Positions 32,701 through 42,319 of a DNA stretch of 63,314 nucleotides are shown piece by piece; the first letter of the stretch is position 1; each line of letters begins with the position of its first letter. Source of the DNA: Candidatus Saganbacteria bacterium (GTDB lineage: Bacteria > Margulisbacteria > WOR-1 > XYC2-FULL-46-14). Position numbers and translations under genes: made by a program. The DNA is taken from the NCBI GenBank assembly GCA_013202975.1, contig JABMQY010000014.1, positions 1 through 63,314 on the forward strand, in the 5' to 3' direction. The notes under the pieces are model-generated. The model was not told the DNA's origin, did not search any database, and saw only the letters and a program-made list of their open reading frames with translations.

Positions 32701-32936
32701 AGTGCTTTTTCTATCACCGGTTTTTCGAGCGGGCACTCTTCTCCCAACTCAAGTTTTATTGAGCTGGACTCAAAAAGTCTTTCTGATCCAAAAAAGGTTG
32801 GACTAAAAGGAACCATCTCTGGGACAGTAAAATCCGCTAACCCTGGAGCTGCCTTTGCCACAGACGGCACCTTAGGAGAAGCAGGTTTTGAATAATTGGG
32901 ACCGGACATTTTATTGTTTGTAAATATTGTTGTCAT
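29751..32936 (-). CDS. Large hypothetical alpha-helical protein (1061 aa)
   Basis: Long uninterrupted ORF with S/P/T-rich N-terminus, no signal peptide and no recognised domain. Preceded by motif copy 3. Confidence 0.8.
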   Translation of the reverse strand: MTTIFTNNKMSGPNYSKPASPKVPSVAKAAPGLADFTVPEMVPFSPTFFGSERLFESSSIKLELGEECPLEKPVIEKALLASLNNNSDLLSFLEGFSDLQACSLRFRRSSLGGFLSGSANIFNGVFDISLSASGIQFSEEEIEASLSQSLRNVLLSERKAGITLAQKIIQRGKLDVDLVKEIKSNKRSIRESPSPFWDECLLYINERWARLLLAEREALHGVSVSKYTDELDRFAEVFEKDSIDLFYMFVEGASLFRPGSLRGNVFAAAKTLPDLPRAGGKGKVFDIYVHGAAVGQLDGSITRNNLFKIYQKFYEISLALGETRIAAAQKAIQFFDRFLYGVDQKLMDSSKRKELISRVLYLVAKSPPQDPFSSYKSLLNTIQKDYLLSQIYLLLSKDRMVGGWDIDDQLSMSELTEVLPLSVWIDLIASMQTNYLYKTDMSQLLKQFAFSKLLRIYNGLLQINSNNAAVSVFNTILALNNGEQRRQDCIRTIVNNFPKEFLAKWATLASVEQLELLFLFEGGVFAGRGESKLIKKMAAAIMHYQGPEAFVKWRKRARKVLSDLAGISYSSALDASNYLRERHTYLYTANYAEVQELSSLIVRLVNKREEDGLDQAMALLSQQDQQTQLHIIRDLFNPNIPSRPAITVTANLSSDQIESFLALNWEPRILSGFLNALLDSDISSNVISKAVLLMEEDLCFSLLFYNPGNPLRIEKNNESTKLAAVRKHVIKENGFSWFIERYSKDFDRCVRAEVLRTHGILSIDGKKGLGGFSGEVLASFIFGFSDREMVELLDDKQAGELAAYLIDNDIARVGEVFGIDFSENKKMERLSRLFPSVRKFLLLSYISLLEGMDVTSPYPVFAAQRIREIDCQGVPGKLLDRARRLILRWFTLYYAENMQALENSKLAKRLEPFDPGVLYRAGAVNGVVKNDVARVFYFALRKLGAIIQPYRAARIELEMENNFPSYLKIVSKGGVCYEVDLLNGGFRVNHDSFIHDEEAFKSPFTDANQRILDDIDAAFQAALKLQPRALMPSLTVLSVRTGIPLEDILPSTLSAVLSKKS

Positions 32937-32940
32937 AATC

Positions 32941-32978
32941 CTATATATATTTATCGCACATATTTGGCAAAAATTTCA
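32941..32978 (-). promoter_or_regulatory. Conserved alternative-sigma-like promoter, copy 3
   Basis: Minus strand TGAAATTT-TTGCCAAATATGTG-CGATA-AATATATATAG. Confidence 0.72.
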
Positions 32979-33012
32979 CCCCAATTTCACAAAGCTATGG
33001 TAAAATAAATTA

Positions 33013-33302
33013 ATGGGAACTGTCTATAAAAAGATTCAGTTTATCGAAGAAAAAGCAGAACAGGTAATAAAAGAGGCCAAATTGTCCGCCCGGCATACAA
33101 TTTCTGAGGCAAAGAGCAATGGAGAGAAATTGATACAAAACAAAATTACCCGGGCTAATGCCGAGTCAGATAAAATCCTCAAAAAAGCAGAACAAGAGGC
33201 CCAATCAGAGGCACAACAAATCAAAGAAAAAAACCAGCAGCAAATAAATGATTTAAAAACCAAAGTTTCGGGAAAAATCAGCGAGGCAAAAAAACTTATT
33301 AA

Positions 33303-33306
<4 letters not shown>
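33013..33306 (+). CDS. V/A-type ATPase peripheral-stalk subunit G/H
   Basis: 97-aa coiled coil (EEKAEQVIKEAK...AEQEAQSEAQQIKE) immediately before subunit I. Confidence 0.8.
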
Positions 33307-35767
<2,461 letters not shown>

Positions 35768-36091
35768 ATGGGGATTCAGGATATTGAAAATAAAATCCTT
35801 GAAGATGCACAAGCTGAAGCATTAAAGATTAAAAAGAGCGCAGAGGAGCAAGCTTCTCTAATTAGCCAAGAATTTGTCAATAAAGCTGAAGAAGAATACC
35901 AAAATATTTTAAAAAAGGCCAAGCTTAAAGCCGGAGCCCTTCAAAAAAGCATTATCGTCCCCGCTCGCCTTGAGGCAAAAAACTCAATCCTGGCAGAAAA
36001 ACACAAGCTGGTAGACGAAGTTTTCAAAGGAAAAAATCCGAAAAAAAGAGAAGAATCCCTTGAGAAAGTTGCAAACTGTCTGTTTAATTGA
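35768..36091 (+). CDS. atpE: V/A-type ATPase subunit E, unusually short (107 aa)
   Basis: MGIQDIENKILEDA...ARLEAKNSILAEKHKLVDEVF N-terminal helix plus a terminal REESLEKVANCLF motif. Follows subunit K. Confidence 0.8.
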   Translation: MGIQDIENKILEDAQAEALKIKKSAEEQASLISQEFVNKAEEEYQNILKKAKLKAGALQKSIIVPARLEAKNSILAEKHKLVDEVFKGKNPKKREESLEKVANCLFN

Positions 36092-36105
36092 TTTTGGTCT
36101 CTCTC

Positions 36106-36148
36106 CTAACCCCAATACCCTAAACCCTATTCCCTATGCCCAATTGCC
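36106..36148 (+). repeat. Degenerate heptamer tandem repeat C(T/A)ANNCC x6
   Basis: CTAACCC CAATACC CTAAACC CTATTCC CTATGCC CAATTGC(C). Confidence 0.6.
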
Positions 36149-36166
36149 AGTATTTTTAAAATAACC

Positions 36167-36196
36167 TGAAATTTTTCAGAAAAGGTGTCGAAATAA
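36167..36196 (+). promoter_or_regulatory. Conserved alternative-sigma-like promoter, copy 4
   Basis: TGAAATTTTTCAGAAAAGGTGTCGAAATAA, ending 7 nt before the ATG at 36204. Confidence 0.72.
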
Positions 36197-36203
36197 AAAA
36201 GAG

Positions 36204-36920
36204 ATGACAGTAATCAAAGAACAGATATTAACCTGTATTAATAAAAGCTGCACATCAATAAGCTGGACCGGAGCTGTGGATAAACTCTTTCAACAAAAGT
36301 GCAAAAGACCCCCCACAGTTAAAGAAAATGCAGCTTATAAAAAACGGCTTCTATCCGTTCCGCAAAACAGCGGCAAAGCAACACCGGCCGAAGCTGACGT
36401 TAGATGGTGGCCTTATGCTCGACAAAAATTAACCAAACACATAAAATTATTAGGACCAGATCCAGAATGCAAGGTATCAAAAAAGACCCCAACTCCCCCT
36501 CCTCCAAAACCGGTCAAGAAAACTGATTCTAGACCCCCTGATGCAGGAGTAGGCTCCGCACCAGATAGTACTGTAGCAAGATTAAAACCAGATTTATCTA
36601 AACCCAATTTAAAACGTCCTGATTTACAAACTCCTGACTCAAAAACAGCCCCAAAAGTAAACCAAAAAGCACTCTCTAACACCCTAAGCCGCCTGATTAC
36701 TAAAAGGAGCAAAGAACTGACTAAATGGAAAGGCAAACTGCATGAATTTAATGTAAAAAGCCAGGATAACAAAATCAATACTGTTATTGAAACCTCAAAA
36801 AAAGCTGTAACCATTAAGGGAAAAAGGATTGCCCTACGAAACCTGAAAGTAGTATTGAAACATGCAAAAACCGCTTATGAGGTAGCCTATCAAAAAGAGA
36901 TGGGGGGAATAAAAAAATGA
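36204..36920 (+). CDS. Hypothetical Lys/Pro-rich protein
   Basis: 238 aa with a Cys-containing N-terminus and a central low-complexity linker (TPTPPPPKP, PDAG, PDLSKP, PDLQTPD). ATGA overlap with the next gene. Confidence 0.75.
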   Translation: MTVIKEQILTCINKSCTSISWTGAVDKLFQQKCKRPPTVKENAAYKKRLLSVPQNSGKATPAEADVRWWPYARQKLTKHIKLLGPDPECKVSKKTPTPPPPKPVKKTDSRPPDAGVGSAPDSTVARLKPDLSKPNLKRPDLQTPDSKTAPKVNQKALSNTLSRLITKRSKELTKWKGKLHEFNVKSQDNKINTVIETSKKAVTIKGKRIALRNLKVVLKHAKTAYEVAYQKEMGGIKK

Positions 36921-38422
36921 GCGGAGGAATAACAAAAATCTGCTCTGACTTTGGGAAACAAAAAGTTTACCAGCCCGAAGCTATAAAAGAAAAAGAGGAA
37001 ATCCTATCATTAAATACAATTATTGAAGCAATTAAAATACAGAATGAATTTAGTTCTCTTGATTTTTCAAAATTGCCCAAACCGGCAATAATTTCCTTAA
37101 TTAAAATGAAATATCAGTGCCCTGCCCCATGCAACAAAGCCATAATCCCATTAATAATAGAAGCACTAAAAAGTAACACCTTTAATGGTGCAGAAAAAGA
37201 ACAAGTTAATTCCTATATCCAAAAACTAGAGGAAATTCACAAGAAATTACAAACCCTACCTATCTATAAAGAATACAAAAAATATTTGGCAAAGCAAAAT
37301 GGACATTTAAATAAACGTGTAGAAAAGACACTCGAAAAATTGACCGAAAAGGCTACACGGCCAGATATAGTTCTGCAAATCAAAAAGAAATGCGCAGCAG
37401 GTTATGTTAAAAAAATAGTAAAACCTAAAAATGGCAAAAAGAATGGAGAAAAAAAACCGGTCAGACCATTCTTTGAATGGAGCCTGCGCGGAGCAATTGG
37501 CTACGGGGCAAGAGCCTCTGGATCCGATAATCCAGCGGTCTTCGCAACAGAAGAGAGAGGATTACTTTTACGTGGCGCGGCAAGCTTGCGCCTTAACATT
37601 AAAAAAGTCCCGCTTCAGCTTGATTACAATGGTTCTATCCCCTATTACATCGATAAGGGTGAGTTTTTTGCTGAAGGCCACAGGGTAAAACTTTCGACTA
37701 ACCCTAAAATTTCTAAAAAACTAGATCTGGTCGCATCTGCCGGGGGACAATTCTTTCATCAATATTATCCCAGTGATGAAAACAAAGATATTAATGCCTT
37801 CACTCAATTCTTAAGAATTAATTACAGACCAAGCAAAAATCTATCAATTAATCTGGATGAAAATCTGATTGCCGGATCAACCAACACAAAATCCTCCCCA
37901 AAACCAGATGTTGCAGCAGAGTTTACTGATCCGTCTTTAATAAAACTAGAATTCAACCCAGGGGCATCTTATAAAATAGGGCCGGTTTCTCTTTTTGCTG
38001 GTGCAAATATCGGTTATGGCGAAAGCGAGTTTTTATACGGTGGACATGCCGGTGCAGTTTTAAAAACAGAAGATCACCATGAAGCTAATTTAAGATTCGA
38101 TTGCACTAATGTTTTTGGTCCTTCTCTAATTGGAAGATACTATTATAATTTTAAGAAAGACAAAAAACAGGGAGTCGGAGCATTGATTTCATATGCACAC
38201 CAAAACAACACTTATCATAACGTTTCTGGAAAAGCTTTTGCAAGAATAAAGCTGGGCCCGATTGAGATACAACCCTTTGTCGGTCTTGGCTCTGCAACAA
38301 ACAGCTCAAGCGTTGTCGATATTAACGGCGGAATATCAATATCAATCGGAGACACAATAAGAGGTTTGAACCCAAGTGTTCTGCGGCCTCATTCTCCGGA
38401 GCCTCTGCCGGAGGAATTTTAA
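36917..38422 (+). CDS. Hypothetical protein: helical N-terminus + outer-membrane-beta-barrel-like C-terminus, no signal peptide
   Basis: 501 aa. From FFEWSLRGAIGYG onward, many alternating strands with Gly/aromatic girdles (LFAGANIGYG, QPFVGLG, INGGISISIG). Confidence 0.75.
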   Translation: MSGGITKICSDFGKQKVYQPEAIKEKEEILSLNTIIEAIKIQNEFSSLDFSKLPKPAIISLIKMKYQCPAPCNKAIIPLIIEALKSNTFNGAEKEQVNSYIQKLEEIHKKLQTLPIYKEYKKYLAKQNGHLNKRVEKTLEKLTEKATRPDIVLQIKKKCAAGYVKKIVKPKNGKKNGEKKPVRPFFEWSLRGAIGYGARASGSDNPAVFATEERGLLLRGAASLRLNIKKVPLQLDYNGSIPYYIDKGEFFAEGHRVKLSTNPKISKKLDLVASAGGQFFHQYYPSDENKDINAFTQFLRINYRPSKNLSINLDENLIAGSTNTKSSPKPDVAAEFTDPSLIKLEFNPGASYKIGPVSLFAGANIGYGESEFLYGGHAGAVLKTEDHHEANLRFDCTNVFGPSLIGRYYYNFKKDKKQGVGALISYAHQNNTYHNVSGKAFARIKLGPIEIQPFVGLGSATNSSSVVDINGGISISIGDTIRGLNPSVLRPHSPEPLPEEF

Positions 38423-38423
38423 T

Positions 38424-39947
38424 ATGGTTGTAAAAATAGAAAAAACTCCTTTACTAAAAAGGATCTATCAATCACCTATCAGAAAAATTGCTCCGCTGAT
38501 TGGCGCAGCCGCCGGACTTATTACAGATTTAGGAATCAGCTTTTGGCAATTCAGACTCTCTTTGGTTGTTGCGATCCCTGCCTGCGCGGTTTTAGCCTGG
38601 GCACTAGGACGATTTAATGGTCTTTTGGTTGAAAGAACAGATGCATTGGCTGAATCAAAACAGCAAAGAAGCGATAATGAAAAACTGAGAAAAAAAACAG
38701 TCCAATTAAATGGAAGATTAAAAGCCAGTAAAGAAAAACTAAGAGATTTGGATGACCTGGTTCGGGCAGAATCAGGAAAACACACATCTTCTTCGGATTT
38801 GGGCAGGTTTTTCAGCGGAGTCCGCCAAATCTTGCCGGAGCCAACACTTGAAAGCGAATTGAGGAGATTGAAAACAGTCAACCTAAACCGTTTTGTATTT
38901 AAGAAAAAACTCGGCGAGGGCGCAGCGGGAAAAGTTTTTCTGGTATATGACACCGAAATGAGAAGAACAATAGTAATAAAAGTATTAAAGCAGTTTGAAT
39001 CAAATCCCCAGTTTCTGCGCAGGTCAATTGATGAGATCTACAGCCTTTCGTCGCTTGGACAAAACCAGAATATCTCCCCAAACATTGCAATTGTATATGA
39101 AGCAAAAAGAGCAGACCAGGATAACACTATTTCGTACCAAGAAGCAGGAGACGAAAAACTTGACGTTATCCACAAGAACAGCATAATAATAATGATGGAG
39201 CATGTTGACGGCAAATCACTTGAAAACTATTTAACCAGGATTTCTCAAATCGAGGCTCTTGACATTGTAATAAAACTAATGAATGTCCTAAAACATGTAC
39301 ACATGGACGGTATTGTCCATCGCGATCTTAAACCGGAAAACATTATTATTCCCGAAAAAGCTGACAAAAGCCTTTTCATTGAAAGATTAAAGCTGCTCGA
39401 TTTTGGGCTGGCCAAAAACACCGAAGACCAGGACAGAAAAATAACCCAAGCCTTTGATATTGCCGGCACCCCGGAATTCATGTCCCCCGACCAATGGGGC
39501 GCGTTTAGGGATGTAACTCCGGCTTCAGACATTTTTTCGGTTGGAATGCTGCTCTATACCATGCTAACAAAAAAGTTTCTTTTTGGAGAATATTCCGGTG
39601 ATGCCCACCTTGAATTCCTGGAGAGAGTCAATAAAACTGATATTGGACAGGTAATAATGGACAACAATGTTCCTTTTGAACTAAAAGGCCTGTTAATTGC
39701 CATGCTAGAGAGAAAACCAGAAGACAGAACAACCAACCATGACCTTATTATTCAAGATCTGGAAGAGGCAAAAAAAATCATGTTGGGAGCAAACCCGGCA
39801 ACAATCCACACAAGCAGAGAAACCCTTCTTTGGAGAGAGGAAGAACAAGATGCACAAAAGGCAATTAAACTTGAAGATGAGGAAGACATTAGCACAGCAG
39901 ACACAAGACACGTTAATCTTGATGAGATCGAGGAACAACTAAAATGA
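38424..39947 (+). CDS. Membrane-anchored Hanks-type Ser/Thr protein kinase
   Basis: GEGAAGKV, VIK, HRDLKPEN, DFG, GTPEFMSP, DIFSVG. N-terminal hydrophobic pair and coiled coil. Start reassigned to ATG 38424 (GGAGG RBS). Confidence 0.93.
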   Translation: MVVKIEKTPLLKRIYQSPIRKIAPLIGAAAGLITDLGISFWQFRLSLVVAIPACAVLAWALGRFNGLLVERTDALAESKQQRSDNEKLRKKTVQLNGRLKASKEKLRDLDDLVRAESGKHTSSSDLGRFFSGVRQILPEPTLESELRRLKTVNLNRFVFKKKLGEGAAGKVFLVYDTEMRRTIVIKVLKQFESNPQFLRRSIDEIYSLSSLGQNQNISPNIAIVYEAKRADQDNTISYQEAGDEKLDVIHKNSIIIMMEHVDGKSLENYLTRISQIEALDIVIKLMNVLKHVHMDGIVHRDLKPENIIIPEKADKSLFIERLKLLDFGLAKNTEDQDRKITQAFDIAGTPEFMSPDQWGAFRDVTPASDIFSVGMLLYTMLTKKFLFGEYSGDAHLEFLERVNKTDIGQVIMDNNVPFELKGLLIAMLERKPEDRTTNHDLIIQDLEEAKKIMLGANPATIHTSRETLLWREEEQDAQKAIKLEDEEDISTADTRHVNLDEIEEQLK

Positions 39948-41470
39948 CAGAATATATTTGTCTAAATAATAACGGGAGACCAAAATGCTATCCAAAGACA
40001 AAGACCTATCCTATAAAATTTACACGTGCCCGAACAAATGCAAAAGTAAAAGCAACCTCCAGGTCCAAAAGAGGAGGCAGCTTCACCTTTGGCTGCATTC
40101 CAATCAATAACTATGAGGCTGATGGAGCTGTTGCTCCATCTGACACAAATAAAGATACAATCCCACCTGACAAGAAAATTCCGGATCAAGGACCAGATCA
40201 AAAGCCTGATCAGAGAGTTGATCAAACAGTTGTTGACCAGAAAACCGATAAAACAGACATTTATCCTTGGCCAGATAAGGGTCCGGATAAATCTCCCGAC
40301 ATTACAATTCCGGATAAAGGTCCTGATATTCTACAACCCGACAAGGGCCCTGACAAAGAACCAGATATTACTGTGCCGGATGTTGGTCCAGACAAGGGGC
40401 CTGATTTTGCTGTCCCTGATAAAGGGCCGGATAAGGGGCCGGACGTTGCTGTTCCTGATGTTGGACCAGACCAGACAGTTTACAAAGATATAACTCCACC
40501 GGATGTAGGGAAGCCAGACAAGGGATTTGTATGCACTACTGCGTATAATAGTAAAAACTTCTCAACCGGGACTTCGAAGAATATAGATAATTGGGCGTTG
40601 CCAGGATCCCTATTATCAAAAAGATCATGGTACTATTGCTGGCACGCGTCTTCAGGAACACTACCAGGAACCCCTTTTGCTCTGGAAAATCCGGCAGGGG
40701 GGACAGTAAAAATGACAACCGATCCGCAAACAAAAGAGCCGGCATTGCTTCTGGACGGACAAACAAAGAATATAAACACAGTATTAAAATACAAATGGGT
40801 AAACCCAGGAATAAAAAATGTTAATGGCTCTGCTCTCTTAATGAGAGGAAGACAACATAGCAGCGATCGCGTCCCGCCGCATGGATCAGAATCCAGTATT
40901 GAAATTTTTGATGATTCAATGGTTTTTGGTTTTGGGTTGGCAGGAAAACAGGCACTGGATGGATCAAACAATACTTATGTTACATTTGACACAACAACAA
41001 AAAGTAATACGTACACAGGAGAAGTGAAAAATAATGCATATAAAGTTTATGTTAATGAAGGATCGTCTCCTCTTTTAAGTGGAGTAAAAAAATATATTCC
41101 AACAGAATATAGGGTTGGCATTGGAGATACTGGGGGCACTCCAGACGGAGTTTTTTATATTAATGATTTTTGTATTCATCCGACTACTTCAACTGTCCCA
41201 ATTGCATCCGGCGGAAGCCACGAAATAATATACAACCTGGGTAATTTTGTTAAATCGGCCAAAATCAGCTCAACCGGATCAACAAAAGATGTGACAGTTG
41301 AGGCATACGTTAGCTCAAATGGTTCAAGTTGGACTAAGGCAACTGTAAGTACAAGTGGCGAGATAAGCTCAACCCAAAGCTACAAGCACATCAAAATCAA
41401 ATTTCTTTTCAGCTCCGCAAAGATTTCAAGGCTGGACGGATACAAACTGGAATACTGCACCTATAAATAG
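39944..41470 (+). CDS. Hypothetical protein with PDxG tandem repeats and beta-sandwich C-terminal region
   Basis: 508 aa. Repeats PDKGPD/PDVGPD over about 120 aa, then a S/T/G-rich beta region. No N-terminal signal peptide. Confidence 0.8.
   Translation: MTEYICLNNNGRPKCYPKTKTYPIKFTRARTNAKVKATSRSKRGGSFTFGCIPINNYEADGAVAPSDTNKDTIPPDKKIPDQGPDQKPDQRVDQTVVDQKTDKTDIYPWPDKGPDKSPDITIPDKGPDILQPDKGPDKEPDITVPDVGPDKGPDFAVPDKGPDKGPDVAVPDVGPDQTVYKDITPPDVGKPDKGFVCTTAYNSKNFSTGTSKNIDNWALPGSLLSKRSWYYCWHASSGTLPGTPFALENPAGGTVKMTTDPQTKEPALLLDGQTKNINTVLKYKWVNPGIKNVNGSALLMRGRQHSSDRVPPHGSESSIEIFDDSMVFGFGLAGKQALDGSNNTYVTFDTTTKSNTYTGEVKNNAYKVYVNEGSSPLLSGVKKYIPTEYRVGIGDTGGTPDGVFYINDFCIHPTTSTVPIASGGSHEIIYNLGNFVKSAKISSTGSTKDVTVEAYVSSNGSSWTKATVSTSGEISSTQSYKHIKIKFLFSSAKISRLDGYKLEYCTYK
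40162..40525 (+). repeat. Coding tandem repeat (PD[K/Q/V]GPD)
   Basis: PPDKKIPDQGPDQKPDQ...PDKGPDKSPDITIPDKGPDILQPDKGPDKEPDITVPDVGPDKGPDFAVPDKGPDKGPDVAVPDVGPDQ...KPDKG. Confidence 0.85.
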
Positions 41471-41471
41471 C

Positions 41472-41500
41472 TTGTATATCAAATTGACTTGATATATAAT
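41472..41500 (+). promoter_or_regulatory. sigma70-type promoter
   Basis: TTGTAT-17-TATAAT upstream of the GGAGG RBS and ATG 41531. Confidence 0.6.
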
Positions 41501-41530
41501 TCCTCTAAACAACTCATCAGGAGGAAGGCT

Positions 41531-42316
41531 ATGTTTAAAAAAGCATTATTTATAATCCTCTCCCTTATTTTTCTATCAAGTATCAGTTTTTCTGTTCCAC
41601 AGTATATTGATTATCAGGGGATGCTGCGCGACATGCTTGGAAATACCCAGACCGGGACATTTAGCATGAGATTTAAAATCTATGACGCAGTAACCTCGGG
41701 TACTGAGGTCTTTGACAGCGGAGCAGTAAGTGTATCGGCCAGCAACGGACTCTATAATGTCCGGCTCGGTCCGGTCGATTCTTCAACTATTTTTGAAGGG
41801 AGCGACCGCTGGCTAGAAGTTTCGGTAGGATCCGACACCCTTTCCCCTCGCCTGCGAATTAATTCAGTTGCTTATGCAATTAGAGCAGATGTTGCAACAA
41901 ATGCCGATTTTGCAACACTCTCAGCAACCGCAACTAATGCTGGTACTGTTGATAACTTTAGTGCCAGCAGCACTGCAACTGCTAGCACTCTCTATCCATT
42001 AGACGCCAACGCAAAATTATCCGGAGTACCGGTCTCGGCCGAAGCGGCCACCGGATTTGCAATGTATGTTGATGGAAAATTGGGGGCATCCAGTTCGGTT
42101 ATTGGAACAGACACAATCACTAATGGAAACCAGGAAGTAACAATTTTGGATTCAAATGTAACTGCAACAAGTGCAATATTTGTAACAGCTGGACCGGCTG
42201 ACCATGACCACGGGGGGATTTGGGTCAGCGCAAGATCGGCAGGTACTATTACGGTTAAAATTGCAAATGCTGCTCCATTCAGCGGCCTACCATTTTGGTA
42301 TTTGATAGTTAATTAA
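41531..42316 (+). CDS. Exported surface protein with 'PQxIxYQG' (tail-fibre/adhesin-associated) N-terminal domain
   Basis: Signal peptide MFKKALFIILSLIFLSSISFS, then VPQYIDYQGML...FKIYDA...NGLYNVRLG...WLEVSVG..TLSPRLRINSVAYA. Start reassigned from 41489. Confidence 0.7.
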   Translation: MFKKALFIILSLIFLSSISFSVPQYIDYQGMLRDMLGNTQTGTFSMRFKIYDAVTSGTEVFDSGAVSVSASNGLYNVRLGPVDSSTIFEGSDRWLEVSVGSDTLSPRLRINSVAYAIRADVATNADFATLSATATNAGTVDNFSASSTATASTLYPLDANAKLSGVPVSAEAATGFAMYVDGKLGASSSVIGTDTITNGNQEVTILDSNVTATSAIFVTAGPADHDHGGIWVSARSAGTITVKIANAAPFSGLPFWYLIVN

Positions 42317-42319
42317 GAG

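Noticed and set aside
41531-42316. Phage tail fibre or contractile-injection-system component
   Set aside because: It has a Sec signal peptide and no neighbouring tail, baseplate or sheath genes, so it is better read as a cell-surface protein.
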